Positions 1 to 13,982 of a stretch of DNA of 64,000 bases are shown here, piece by piece. The DNA lies in NCBI GenBank assembly GCA_013265495.1, contig MU058636.1:7580295-7644294 (forward strand). Reading direction: 5' to 3'. This DNA comes from Vicugna vicugna (lineage: Eukaryota). A program made the position numbers and the translations under genes. Under the pieces are notes generated by a model, which did not search any database, was not told the origin of the DNA, and was given only the letters and a program-made list of their open reading frames with translations. Every line of letters starts with the position of its first letter. Positions within the stretch are counted from its first letter, which is position 1.

Positions 1-243
1 ATCCTCAGAAACCACAAAAGGGCTAAGAGTGAGTCAAGCGAGGAAAGGATCACGGGCCTGAGACTATTACACATCCTACGACTGTGATTAAATGACACAC
101 GTCAGCAACAGGAAAAGTCCACTGGTTCTTAATAAACACCCGAGTTGTCATTATGCGTGCGCTCAGCGCCTGCCTCATGTCCAGCGTTACTACCAGAGGA
201 GAGTAACAAGCCGACTTCAGATTCCCAAGTGCCCTCAACGTAC

Positions 244-335
244 CTTTGTGCCATGATCGTGCCCGGGACGGACAGCTGGATGGGCATCTGTTGTTTCTTA
301 CAAAACCTCCTATTGCTCTGAAGTGCCTCTGTAAT
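244..335 (-). CDS. SOHLH2: SOHLH2 coding exon 8 (ITEALQSNRRFCKKQQMPIQLSVPGTIMAQR); gene continues left of the window
   Basis: ttttag| acceptor after a 144-nt intron, AG|gtacgt donor; 92 nt, in frame. Confidence 0.95.
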
Positions 336-479
336 CTAAAAAAAATAGAGAGAGAGATGTATTTAGATAGCCATATTTTTTCGTATATAAACACATATAC
401 ATTTCCACTAATAAAAAAATTAGGAAGTATTAAAGCATTGTCTTTGAGGATAAAATTCAAGGGCTGGAGAGCGGAACAC

Positions 480-627
480 CTGGCCCATAACGGCTGAAGG
501 GATTTTCTCCCGGACAAACTTCACATAATCGACCGTTGCCTCGAGGATGGAAGCCGCGTCACTCTTTCTCCCCTTTATGTACGGCAGCAGGGTGCGCAGC
601 TGCTCACAGCAGTACTTGATCCGTTCT
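480..627 (-). CDS. SOHLH2: SOHLH2 coding exon 7 (ERIKYCCEQLRTLLPYIKGRKSDAASILEATVDYVKFVREKIPSAVMGQ; helix-loop-helix)
   Basis: ctcctcag| acceptor, CAG|gtgttc donor; 148 nt, in frame; typical HLH sequence. Confidence 0.97.
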
Positions 628-2309
628 CTGAGGAGAGAATTGTGACAAATGAGGAACAGCCTAGCTTCTTCCTTGTGCACAAGGACAGATGATCCTTCTT
701 CCTGAGCTTGCTCATAAAGGAACTGCCCCCTCCCACTCTAGTCTGTTTCCCCACAAGCCAGAAGCCTCCACAGCCCCTGGAATCACAACTTCCCGGGGCA
801 CCGGACAGTGTCTGCGCTGACGACAGCCCCAGCTCACTGCCCAGTGAGTGTGCAGGATGCCCAGACACGGGGAACACCAGAGAACACGCCCGCTGCCTGT
901 GGAAACCTATAGACAACACTTCCCTCACGGGAGAGAATCAAACACTCCACACATACATCCTTTTGTGAGCCACACTCGAAGGCGAAGAGTCCTCAGGATT
1001 GTCATGTCACTGTGACCTGGACCACATTTCCCACAATATATCAATTAGCACCTTGTTACACAAGGGCTTTACCTGTGTTCTGAGCCAAAGGAAAATCAGA
1101 AGCCTGCTTCCTTTGCACCAGGTAGGTGTGGACAGAACAAATAAATCAGTATGCGAATGAGGACATCGTCCAGGCTCATATCACAAAGAAACTAACCTAA
1201 GTCTTTCATAGTTCTAAAGGGAAATACGTAGGAAATAAAACTCTAAATTGATCTAAGCCTTTGGGACCTTCAATTATCCATGTGTTCATTTAATAAATGC
1301 TATTAAGCACCTGTTTGTGCTGAATACTGCCTTGACGTATGTAGGATCAGATGGTGGCTCTGCCAATTACTGGCCAGGACCTTTGGCAAGTTACCAATCC
1401 CCTCTGAACCTCAGAATGGCAAAAATAGATTAATTACTTAAAAAATCCACTTCGACACACAGCCAGTGAATAACTCAAATATGCCAGATTAGCGGGTGGT
1501 GTTCTAATTAGGCTCTGAGGAACTTTGGGGTCCTGTGGAGATGTCTCCGGGACCATCCTGTAAGGAAAGGGAGGGAAGGTTTGACAGTGTGTATGAAGGG
1601 CTTTGAAACGTCATATACTCTCCAACATGGCACTTTCACTGCCCAGGGTGCCACACACGGAACAAACTTTCTGTAAAATGATATCCATTGCAGGCCTCTA
1701 TCAGTCAGATATGAAAAACAGTCTAAACACACAACACAAGTGGATGCTTACATTTAGCTGGGGAGAATATTACCTGGCAGTGGGAATAATATGCTACAAA
1801 ACTAACTGGGGGAAAGTAGGATATTTCTACAGGATACAAGTGTAAGATAATAAGACAGCATATAAAACATGATCATGTTAGCGCAAAAAAAAGAGCAAAA
1901 AGAAAGACTGAGAGCAAAAATGTCAAGTAACCATGAGTTTTGGATGGCTGGGCTACAGAAAATATTATTTTCTTGCTTTTATTGCCTACATTTTCTAAGT
2001 ATCTTTGTGTGGCATATATCACTCTTATAACAAAAAGTCTTATTAAACAGTTTTCCAATTTCATTAGGAAAATGTCCAAACATACAGGAAAATGGACAGA
2101 ATTAAGAATTCTTAATTCTTAGAAGCCAAAAGGGAGCACTTATACACCCACTACCTGAGTCTATAATGAACATTTACTGTCCTTACTTTGTCATCATCAA
2201 TCATCCCACTGGCCATACGTCAATCCATTTTATTACATTGAAGCATTTCAAAGTAAGCTATAGACTTCGGTACATTAAACCCCTAAACATATCATTAGCT
2301 ATGGTTCAA

Positions 2310-5300
2310 ATTATTTTATTTTCAGATAAAATTTACATAAAATAAAAATGCACAAATCCTAAGGGTACCATTCTACGAGTTCTGACAAGTGCACAGAAGT
2401 ATGTAACACAGGCCTGAATCAACATCATCATAACCCCAGAAAGTTCCTCATGCTTTTTCTTAGTCAATCTCATCCCCCATTAAGAGGCAACCACATTTGC
2501 AGTATTTTTCCATCTCACATTATTTTTGCCTCTCCTTGAACTTCATATGAATCAAATCTTACGACACGTGCCCTTCTAGGTAAGGTTTCTTTCACTTGCA
2601 CACAGTTTCTGAGATTTATGCATGTGGCTACTTACATAAGTAATGTGTTCCTTTTTATTGAGTGATAGATTCCATAGTATAAATATGTCACAGGTCATTT
2701 ACTTTATCCATTTTCTTACTGGCACTCTTTTTCTAATTCTTGGGCATTATGAATAGAACGACTAGGTCTTGTGTGTGTCTTTTTGTGAATGTATGTTTCT
2801 GTTTTTCTCAGGTAAATGTCTAGGAATAGAACTGATGGGTTCTCTTACAAATTTAGAAGAAACTGGCAGAACTTTTCCCAAAATAATACCATTTCACACT
2901 CCCACCATCCATGTATGAGAATTCCTGTTGTTCCAAATCTTCAACATTTAATAGTCAGTTTTAATTTTAAAAGGTTGGCCTTTCTGAGGTGTATGTGGTA
3001 GTATTTCGTGCTTTAAGTTGCATCTCCACGACAACAAGTTACTCCGAGCATTTTTCTGCTGCCTATTGGGCATGTGTATGTCGTCTGCTCAAATATTTCA
3101 CCTACATTTTAATTGGACTGCAGGTCTTTTCATTATTGAACTCTAGGGAGTTCTTTATATATCCTAATACCAGGATTCTGTCAGTGTATTTGTGTTACAA
3201 ATATCTTCTCCCAGTCTGTAGTTTGTTTTCTTCGTGGTGTCTTTTGAAAGCAAAAGTTGTAAATTGTGATGAGTCTAATTCCCCTCCTCTTTTATGGCTA
3301 TTGGTTCCTGTGTCCTAAGGAACAGCCCCCTACCCTCAGCTTGTGAAGACATTCTCCTATGCTGTCTTCTAGAACTGCAGTGTTCAGTATGGTAGCCGTG
3401 AGCCACTTAAGTCTATTTAAAAATAAATTCATTTAAAATTATATAAAAATTTAAATTCATTTCCTAAGTTGCAATAGCCATATTTCAAACACTTGATAAT
3501 ATGATTAGCAGCCGCCTTACTAGATGACAGCAAATACTGGCCATACTTAACATCGCAGGAAATTCTACAGAATAGTCTAGAAGCTCTATGGTTTCAGCTT
3601 TATAGTATAGCTCTGTCTGTGCTCCATGCTGAATAAATTTTTACATGACATGAGTAAGGGGTTAAGGTTCACTGTTTTTCCATATAAATACTCAGTTGTT
3701 CCAGCACTATCTACAGAAGATACTTTTGTTTCCCAAGTTGTTCACTCTGGTGATTTGTTGAAAATCAAGTGACCACAATGTGAGGGTCCAGTGCTGGGCT
3801 ACCGTGTTCCGTTGATCTACTGGTCAACATTTATGCCAGCAATACACTGATCACTGTAGCTGTGTACCATCTTGAAGTCAGATGGTTTAAGTCTTCCAAC
3901 TTTGTTGTACTTTCTCAAGAGTGCTTTATTCTAAGCCCTTGTATACTTTCAGTCCTTTTCATACAGTTTTGAATTAGATTGTCAATTTTTACCAAGAGGT
4001 AAAAAAAAAAAAAAAGCCTACGAGGATTATTATTTAGAATTAAATAAAGTTATATTTCAATTTGGGGAGTACTAACATCTTAACAATGTAAGTCTTTTAA
4101 TTCATAATCATAGTATAATGCATGATAGATTTTCTTTAGTTTATCACAGCAATATTTTAAGTGACCACTATACAGATGTTACATGTCTTTTCACATTTTT
4201 GTTCCTAAATACTATAAGGGTTTTTACTCTATTATCAATATAATTATTTTTTTTTTAATTTTCATTTTCCAATTGTTTGGGACTAATATAGAAAAATATA
4301 ATTGATTTTTGTACATTTACCTTCTATCTCGCAACCTTGCTATATTCATCTTTTGGTTCTAGTAGTTATTTTGTAGGTATCTTAGGACTTTATACATAAA
4401 TAATCATGCCATCTATAAATAAAAGTGTTTGCTTCTTCCTTTCTAATCTGTATGTCTTTTATGTATTTTTTCTCACCTAATTGCAATGGCTAGGACAGTT
4501 TATTCAATGATGAATAGAAGTGGTAAGAACAGGTACTCTCACTTTACTTCAGATCTTTTTGAGGAACAAATGGTCAAAATTTCATCAGCAAGTACAATGT
4601 TAGCTACAGGTGTTTCATAGATGCCCTTAATTCAGGAGGTCCCCTTTCATTATCTGTTTTGCTGGAAGGTTATTGTTTCATTCGTTTTTAATTTTGAAAG
4701 AGTATTGAATGTTGTCAAATAATTTTCAGAGTCTGTTAATCTATGGCTTTTCTCCTTTATTCTGTTTAATGTGGTAAATTACACTGATTGATTTTTGAAT
4801 GTTACATCAGCCTTGCTTTTCTAGGATAAACCTGGTGTGGTCATGGTGCTTTATATCTTTATTACTTGATTCGATTTGTTAAAATTATGCTACGTATTTT
4901 TATGCCTCTGTTCATGACGGATAATTGGTCTGTAATTTTCTTTTATTTACAATGTCTTTTCAGGCTTAGGGTTATGCTGGCCTCATGAAGTGGGTTAGGA
5001 ACTGTTCTTTCACCTCCATTTTCTATAAGAATTTGTTTAAGATGAGTATTAACTCTTAGATGTTTGACAGAATTCATCAGTGAAACCATCTGGGCTTGGT
5101 ATTTCCTTTTGGTAACTTTTTTTAATAGCAAGTCCAATTTCTCTAATATACAGTGCTATTTTCTGCTTCATCTAGAATCAGTTTTGGTAAATTGTGTTTT
5201 TCAAAAATTTTTCCACTTCATCCAAGTTGCTGAATTTCTAGCATAAAGTTAGTCAAAATATGCCCTTTTTATATCATGTGTTTGCCATACATGCACTAGT

Positions 5301-6120
5301 AATTCCTCTTCCATGATACTAGTAAAATGCTTTTGATCTCACTCCTTGCCTGCCTGCCTCTTCCTCTTTCTATTTACTTTGGAATTACTTCACTTTTTCT
5401 AGTGCCTTAAAATGGCCCTGTAAGTCCCTGATTTTTAGATCTTTTGCCTTTTCTAACATACGCATTTAAAGCCACACTGTTTGCATTAGGCTTTGCTTTA
5501 ACTGCATCTCACAGATTTTGAAATATTCTCATAATCATTCAGTTAGCAGAATTTTCTAATTTTTGCGGTTTTTTTCCTTTTACCCATGGATTATTTAGAG
5601 GTGTGTTTTTAAATGTCTATATATTTGAGGTTTTTCTTTTATTAAGTTCTTATTGATTTTTAATTTAACTTAATGGTAGTCAGGGAACAGACTCCTTGTC
5701 GATTCAACTCTTTTAAATGTATTGAAATGTATTATATCCCCCTGCATATAGTCTGCCTAAGTGAATGCACCATATGCCTTTGAAAAGAATGGGTATTTTA
5801 CTACAGTGTTGGGTGTAGTGTTCTATAAATATCTACTAGATCAAGGTGGTTAAGTGTTCACATCTACATCTTAGTGGTTTTTGGTGTCTAGCTGTTGGAT
5901 CAGTTGCTGAGAGAGGGATGTGAAATCAACACTTGTCAATATTTGTCCCTTTAATTCTGTGAGTTTTTACTTCGAATACATAATCACATACCACTTGTGA
6001 CTCTTGTAGCATTGACAAGTTGACACTCTCATCATTATGAAATGTTGCTCTTTACCTCAAGTAATACTGTTTGTCTTGAAGTCTACTTTACTTAGTATTA
6101 ACACAGCCAATCTGGTTTTT
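2310..6120 (-). mobile_element. Old LINE-1 (L1M) fragment, ORF2 and 3' region
   Basis: T-rich plus strand; minus-strand remnants such as VPNPLHEASITL; many stops and frameshifts; boundaries approximate. Confidence 0.8.
3372..3578. mobile_element. hAT-Charlie MITE (MER3/MER33-like) inside L1
   Basis: cagtgttcagtatggtagcc...agccac start; tctagaa duplicated on both sides. Confidence 0.55.
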
Positions 6121-6261
6121 GTAAACAGAGAAACAGTGAGAGCCTGTTTTACTCGAAAACTCCCAAATTTTGAGTTAAGAAATCGAATATTTACAGGTAT
6201 TTTAATCCAGTTTTAATTGTATATTTTCATCTAATTTTAGACTAAAATTATTTACCATTTC

Positions 6262-6748
6262 TCCAATGAGGATGGAGAAACAGTTCCCCTCCCCTTGAAT
6301 CTCTGATGGCCTGTACCTGCTTTCACCAAAAGACACCAGACGACTCTACAGCAGTTCTAGGAATAGCATTGAAGAAGACACAGCCTGGACGTTGGTCTCC
6401 TGAAACCCTAAGCTGTCTTGTAAGAGGTCTGTCTAGATTGCTGGAGAGACCATGTGGGAGAGGTGAGGCTGCAGGGAAGGAGAGCAGCCCATCTGGGCAC
6501 AACCCACTAGTGATCCCCACCAAGAGACCATCTGTCTGGATAAAGCCGTGCTGGGCTCTCCAAACAGGCCCCTCGCCAGCGGAGCATCATGGAGGAATCA
6601 CAGTAAACACCATGTGGAGAAGAATCACAGAGCCAAGCTCTGCTCAAACTGATGACCCATAAAATCGTGAGATATGATACACAGGTTGCTGTTTCAAGCC
6701 ACCAAGTTTGGGGGTAATTTGTTACATAGCAGTGGACAGCTGGAACAA
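6262..6748 (+). mobile_element. MaLR LTR (MLT1-like)
   Basis: cccctccccttgaatct and the 3' end gctgtttcaagccaccaagtttggggtaatttgttacatagcag are typical of MLT1. Confidence 0.7.
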
Positions 6749-6754
6749 TAGCTT

Positions 6755-8370
6755 ACTGTTTAAAGCAAAAATAATAACAATGTGGGGTTGATAACCTATG
6801 TACAAGTAACACGCTTGACAACAATAACAAAAAACAGAAGAGGTTAAATGGAAATACGCAGTTGCATGTTAAGTGGCATAATACTGATTTGAGGTAGGCT
6901 ATGGCAAGTTAGGGATACATATTATAACCCCAGAGCAACCACTAAAAGAAAAGTTTTAGCTAAAAAGCCAATAGAGGAGATAAAAAGGAATGTTAAACCA
7001 TACTTGATTAGTCCAAAAGAAAGTAGGCAATGAGAAAAAGAAAGGAAAAAAATAGACTGGACTAAGTGAAAACAAATCGAAAAATTGTGGACCTAAAATC
7101 CAACTTAATAGTAATACTATATGTAAATAGACTAAACACTCTAATCGAACAGCAGAGATTGTCAGAACAGCAAAAGAAAATAGAAAAACAAGATTCAATT
7201 ACATGCTGCTTGCAAGAAACACTCTTTAAATATAAAGACATATATAGATTACAAGAAAACTATGCAAACATTAATCACAAGAAAATTATATGAGCAGCAA
7301 AGCAGATTCCAAGACAAGAAGTTCCTAATGATAAACGGTCAATTCATTAAGAAGATAAGCACCTAACAAGTTTTGAAATACATGAAGCCAAAACTGAAAG
7401 GAAAAAAGTGCAAAACAGAGCAATCTACGGTCATTACTGAAGACTTTAACCCTCAAAAAAAAAAAAAATAAGGATATAGAATACCAGGAAAACACTGCCA
7501 ACCAAATCTACCTAAGTAATTTATAGAACATTATATCCCCAAACAGCAGGACATAACTTCTTTTCAAGTGTACATGGAATATTCATCAAGGGAGACCATA
7601 CTTTGGGCCATAAAACAACTCTCATAAAATGTCAAAGGACAGAAACCTCACAGAGCATGTTCTCAGATGATAACTGTAATTGAGTTATAAATCAGTACCC
7701 AGAAAATCTCCAAACATTTGGAAATTAACTCACACACTTCTACATAATAATTGGTGAAGGAAAAAAATCACAACATTTATGAGAAACATATTTTGAATTT
7801 ATGATAATGAAATATAATATATGAAATACAGCTAAGGCACTACCAAGAGAAAAACTTAAAGAAAAACTTATAGCTTTAAATGCTTATGTTAGAAGAGGTA
7901 AAAAACAATAATCTAAGTTCCCACCAAAGAAGCTAGAATAAAAGAGTAAAGTACAGAAAGAAAGGAAACGACAAAGAGGAGAAATCAATGAAATATAAAA
8001 CAGACAAATAATAGAGAAAAATCAATGAATAAAAATCTGGCCCATTGAAAAATATCAATAAAACTGATAAATCCCTTGCTGAACTGATCAAGAAAAGAGA
8101 GAAAACACAAATTATCAACACAAGAATGAAAGAAGGAACACCATCAGAAATTTCTAGACATAAAGAAGATAATAAGTGAACATTACGAACATAAAGTTGT
8201 TGAATAAATTTGAGAACCTGGATTAAGTGGACAAATTTATTGAAAGACATAAATTAAACCAAACTGACAGAGGAAAAACATAGAAAATCTAGTCTTATAA
8301 TCATGAAAAAATTTGAATTTATAATTAAAACTGTCTTACAAATTCCAAGCCTAGATAATTTCACTGAATG
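6755..8370 (+). mobile_element. Old LINE-1 fragment (inter-ORF region and ORF2 endonuclease region)
   Basis: A-rich; peptide remnants LYVNRLNTLI and TCCLQETLFKYKD resemble the L1 endonuclease N-terminus. Confidence 0.82.
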
Positions 8371-10199
8371 CTAACTTCACTGCATGTTATTTATGCCACA
8401 ATTTTTAAAAACTAAACAAACAAACAACAACAAAAACCACAGAAGGAAAGACTGAGAAGGAAATATTTAGTGGAGTATTTAGGAAATATTTGGTGAAGGA
8501 TGTTAATGTTGGCTCAAGAAGCAGGATACCCAGCTCAGGGACCCCGCAGGGTCCTGTTCTCTTTCTCCGCTTGTGTGGAAGCAGCAATAGGGAACAACGG
8601 GTCACAGAAGGTGTTTTGTTTTCGTCATCTACCCACAGGCGCCAGCTTGATCATGACCCAATCCACACAAATCAGGGAAGAATCAATTGGTTTCATTCTT
8701 CTCCAGGTAATAGTGATTCCTAGAGGCTGAAAGGCATCTGAAGCCAAAGTCTTGGTCCAAACTACATCCTTGATCTCCCCTCTGTACAAGTGTGTCTCAA
8801 GCAAGCAAGAACTCACAGACCCTCTGAGAACTTTTGATTCTACCTTCCTTGAATTTCTAAGACTTGACCAGTCCTGGAAAAGCCTTCATTTGTGAGAAAT
8901 TACAGCAAAGCTCACTTTCACTTCTTTTCAAGTGAGTGACATCCTGAAAATTATTAAACCACCATCATTTTGGACTCATAGACACACAGACAAAATGAAG
9001 GTATCACATTGAAAAGTATACACCTTACTAAGATAAAGACATATTTATATATTTAAAATGTATAATCAAAGAGAGTTCACCAAGAATATTAGCCAATTTT
9101 CATTAATCCATTCTAATAAAGAAAACAAAGATGTTAGAATTATTTTAAAGAGAAATTCCTAAATGCAAATATCAAAAACCATCAGCTGGGATCATTATTT
9201 CCTCAGCATTAGCAAGTATCATGTTACCCTACGCTACTTAAAAACAAAAAAAGAGCAAAACAAGACAAAAATGACAAAAACATATATAAAGAAGCTGACT
9301 GGGAAGAGAAGGTGAAGGAGGAAGAGAAACAGACTAGAAGCATCTATTTTAAGATTCACAGGCATAATCAGAAGGGTTAAGAGAAGGACACAACAAAAAA
9401 AAATCATCAGGATGGACAGTTACTTTCTGGTATCTCCCAAGCAAATCTGTAAAGGGAGTGGAGGAGCCCTCCTTCCAGCTTTGCTTTCTGGGAAACAAAG
9501 ATTTCTAGTCCTTTAAATAATGCCACAGGGGTGGACGCTTCCCAAAGTATCTTTCTAGCCCACTAGATAAGTGGTTCTCAGATTTTAGTTTTCATCAACC
9601 ACTAAAATTAAAAAAGAGAACCAACACAGAACTTTGGGGGACCAATAAAGGATTGCCAACATTCAATCTAGACATGAAAAATAATGAAAGAAAAGTACCA
9701 TCTCCCAATATTTTGTTGTAACCATTTACTAATATCATCATGATTTTAATACCAAATAAAGTATGGAAAACACAATCTTAGAATATAAGTTATATAAAAT
9801 ATAGTTTAAAAAATATTCATTGCACTGGATTTTTCTCATTTCACTGCAGATCAGTGAAATCTATAGACTAGCCTGGCCAACAGGTCCTAAGTCTTTGCTT
9901 GGCCAAAGCAGCAGACATGTGAGTGAAGGCTTTTGGACCAGACTAGCCCGTCCACCAGCCACCTCATCAAGCCCAAAACCCCATTTTCCCGCTAATTTTT
10001 AGCAGATAATAGAAGTCATCTGCAAGGACTTGATCAGGTTCCTCCTCTCTTCTTTCTGGCCCCATCAAGACACATCTTATCCACACCTGGTTTTAGCGCC
10101 TTCTCTCCATTTTCAGTAGAAGAGGTGTTCTTCCACTTGGTTCTAGATCCCACAGCCCGCTGCCACCTCAGGGATGCTAAATCCATGGCCAGTGCCCCT

Positions 10200-10672
10200 C
10201 ACCAGCTACAGGGGACCGAAATTCTTTTGACGTTCCTCCTACTGAGATGTGGGGTCTATATACCCTTCCCTTAGATCCAGGTGGGCTCTGTGACTGTTCT
10301 GACCGACAGCATATGGTATGAGTGGCAGTTTCCGGTCCCAGGCCTTGGGATACGGGGGCTTTCTCTTCCTGTCTCTTGGAACACTGCCTCTAGGGGCCCT
10401 GCGCTGCCATGCAAGAAGTCCGACAACTCTGAGATTATCACACTGAAGAGTCCCAGCTGCATTCAGTCTTCCAGCCATCCCTGCAAAGGCTCCAGACCCT
10501 CCTGACTAGACCATCCCCCAGCTGAATGCTACCAAGTGACCCCAGTTACTGTCATGGAGGCAAAAGAACTGACTGGCTAAGCCCTGCTTAAACTGCCAGC
10601 CCATAAAAACCATGTACACCAAGCCAATACATTTTGGTTTCATCTTTTAAGCAGCCACAGATAACCAGAACA
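10200..10672 (+). mobile_element. MaLR LTR (MLT1-like)
   Basis: aaattcttttgac...gagatgtggggtctat... and 3' end gcagccacagataaccagaaca. Confidence 0.65.
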
Positions 10673-10799
10673 CGAGTATCTTCAAGACCTCTGCCTCCCT
10701 TCCAGCTGTTTTCTTTTGGGAGATAATATGAGCATATTCACGTCTGGCTCAGCCTTAATCAAAATTCCTCACTTTCCCCTAAATTCCCTTTTACATACC

Positions 10800-11920
10800 A
10801 CACACCTTCTTTTTTTCCTTCCTTTCATCCATGCTCCCACCTTTCATTTTCCATCTTTCTGCAACGGTGTTTCCTCCCCAACTATGCTAACGAACTTGTT
10901 TTTGCCAAGATCAGTTGATGTTGAGGTTTTGCTAAATATAAGCAGTCAATCATCAGTTCTTACTTTACTGGATCTCTGTGTCATGTGCTACTCCTGAGCA
11001 CTCATTCCTTTAGGGAACCCTCTTCTCCCCTGGTCTCCTCAATACCACTCCCTCCTGGTTTTCTTCTTATCTTCCCAGTAACTCTTTTCCCCCAATCTCT
11101 TCTTGGCTGCCTGTCCTTTAAATACTGAGATTTTTCCCAAGGTTCTCTTCTCCACTTGTCTCTTCCCTACATGCTTTTCATGGTCATCATATCTACCCCA
11201 CATCCACTGCTTCAAACAGATGCTGTATCCTGACAAATCTACGTCTGTATTTCTAGCCTAGATCTTCTCTAGCCTAAGGGCCAACTCCTCACTGGGCAGC
11301 TCCATTTAAACCTAGAGGTTTTCAAACTCAGCAAGAGAAGAAACCACCTCCCACTGCCAGACTGCCATTCCACTCTACTTCCAAGTCAGTCGATGGCTCC
11401 ACCATCTACTTGAGATCTACCCTTGACTTCTCCTTCAGTCACGCTCACAGGTTCTAACGACTTCATAGACCTAGAATTGGCTTATTTCTCACTATCCTAT
11501 TTCTAACACCACAGTTCAGGATTTATCATCTCATATTACAGACTCCCCTGGCCTCCAGATTCAATTCACTCTCTCACATCTGGCTAGAGCGTTCATTCTA
11601 ATGTACAGATTTTATTGTATCACCCTTTTGCTAAAACCCTTTAGTGCCCCCTGAACAGTTCAGGATGAAATTCAAATTCCTTCATAGGACATACCCCCTC
11701 ATGCTGACTGAGGTAACTTTCCTAGCATGTTTACTATGTGTTCTTTTCTATCATGATATTTATTAAAACATAATTTCCCATCTAATATCCTATTTAGAAG
11801 TCTATCTGAACACTAGACTAAGATCTCCTTGAAAGCAACGGTTCATTTATCTCAGTTCTCCAATCACATTCTGGCACATCAGACACTCGTAGCTATTTGC
11901 TGAATGACTAAATTAATGAG
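10800..11920 (+). mobile_element. LINE-2 remnants
   Basis: Pyrimidine-rich L2-like text ending in tatttgctgaatgactaaattaatgagtgagt. Confidence 0.6.
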
Positions 11921-12059
11921 TGAGTAGCACGTATTCAGTTGCCAGATTTACTAGGTTCACACTGACTTTTAACAATAGTATGAAAAATTATGACATTCAT
12001 GGAAGTAACTTCTTCTTGCAAAGGAATAATGCTAAAGAGGGGGCTGTATCAAAATTCAC

Positions 12060-12170
12060 CTTCTCAGCTTTTCCTTGCTTGAATGAAGAAGAGAAATCTT
12101 TCTGCTCTTCTCGAAATTTGACAACGGAGCCTTTAATTCCAGCCCAATGTCATTTTTTAGAGATTCAGAG
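12060..12170 (-). CDS. SOHLH2: SOHLH2 coding exon 6 (SESLKNDIGLELKAPLSNFEKSRKISLLHSSKEKLRR; bHLH basic region)
   Basis: tttctag| acceptor, AG|gtgaat donor; 111 nt, in frame; H-x3-E-x2-RR basic-region motif. Confidence 0.95.
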
Positions 12171-13882
12171 CTAGAAACAGGAGAAAATCATACCATGTAT
12201 TTAAGAGAAAAAATATCAGGCAACAGTACACAATAAGCACCAATACACTAATTAAAAGAAGCTTCTCTGAGTCCCTACCTTCATACAAAGCTGCAGTGAA
12301 CAGCAAAGCATTTTACCTTACGTTATTTGATGCAGAATATTTTATTTCAAAATTTCAAAAGAATTTATTATCAAGATCATCACAAATTCAGTAACTGATC
12401 AAAATTCTAAAATATACTGATAAAGAATAACAAATACAAGCAGGATTAAAATATCCTAACCTCACTGATTATTGAGTATTCCAAATTACATGACTGTACG
12501 TAAAGGTGCATTACAGGAAAAAGCCCAAAGTATCAGAGGGCCAAGGCAACTACTCCAGCTCGATCAGAAAACGGCAGCCTCCCTCCATGTAAAACTCTGT
12601 CACTTAATGGACATTTTCGGGCTCTACCATTTATCTAGAACTTCTCTAGGCATTTTGATTGATTGATTTGATTTTTTTAAACATACTTCCCTAAGAAATT
12701 GACAAACTAATATTATCTCCTTTATCCCAAGGGACATAATCTGATTCGAAATTTTACTTTTATTTATAGTAGTAGGATTCTGAGAAAAAGCAAAGATACA
12801 AGCTGAGGAGGGCTCAAAAAGCAGTTGCAAGAAACAAGAGAATCAGAAAGCCTTCCAAAACCCTTCCCAACCTCATATCCCAGATGAAGCGTGATGTGGT
12901 AAGCTTCTCCGTGGCTAAAACGTTTGAGGGTAAGACACAGCTGTTGCTATCTTTGCACTACTTTAGTGAGTGCATCTTTGGTTTAACCACGCTTATTGGT
13001 TGCCAAGTCTCTTCCTTGTTCAGAATAGTAGATGGTCACATTTCTACAAATAATTGATGGTCTCACTATACAAATTCTGGAAGTAACTGACTCAATATTC
13101 TCACCATCATCACCCATGTCCTCACCATGTATGTTGATTCTGTATAGCCCTATGCTCTATTTAAAATCTCCTTGGAAATCAGCTTAAAGGGAAGCAAAGA
13201 AATTCACTAAAACTGAATTTTTATAAGCATACAATGTTAGAATTGAAAAGGTTTGAATAACCTCCCACTGATGGGTTCAATGGCCTATCAGATGCAGGCT
13301 TGAATGTCAGTTCAATATCTCAGAGAGAGAGAGGCAGCGACAGAAAGACCATTTTTAAAGGTTGTTTTCAACAAATGGGGGGATAGGTTCATGAGTTCCA
13401 AAAAGATATCAGGGAGAAACTTAGTGGCAGATGGATAATAGCTGAGGATGCTTTTATCTGTTTAAATATTGGGGTTATATGTAAAATTTTTGTTTGAAAA
13501 AGAGAATTCCATTGTTTTAAAAGTTTGAACATCACTACTATTACTTAACCCAGCCTCTACACTAACATGTCCAGTGATGGGTAACTTACTACCTTATAAT
13601 TCAACCTGCTCCTCCGTGGTCAACTGTGATTGTTACAAAGTGCTTCCTTATATTGAGCTGACAACTTCTGTAATGTGTATTCATCGTGCCAGCTCAGGAT
13701 TCTGAAATATGGAACAAGCTGCACCCCTCTTTCACAAAATAGCTATTAAGAATTCTTTGGCACCACCCTCAGCACTTGAGCTGGTTGTTCCACAATCAGT
13801 AAGTTCTCCAGAAATTTTTAGTGAAATGTACACGGTAAAAATTGCTATTATGAAAAAGTGAAAAAAAACCCAAAAAACTAAC

Positions 13883-13982
13883 CAAGCAAACAGATCAGTA
13901 GAAAAATATCCCCGGTGTTCACTGCAGGACCTCGGCAGGGGAGATTCAGGTTTTTCAGGCTTCACAGAAATTTCATTCTTAA
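13883..13982 (-). CDS. SOHLH2: SOHLH2 coding exon 5 (VKNEISVKPEKPESPLPRSCSEHRGYFSTDLFAC)
   Basis: ttgcag| acceptor, TG|gttagt donor; 100 nt, in frame; resembles recalled human SEHLGYFPTDLFAC. Confidence 0.93.
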
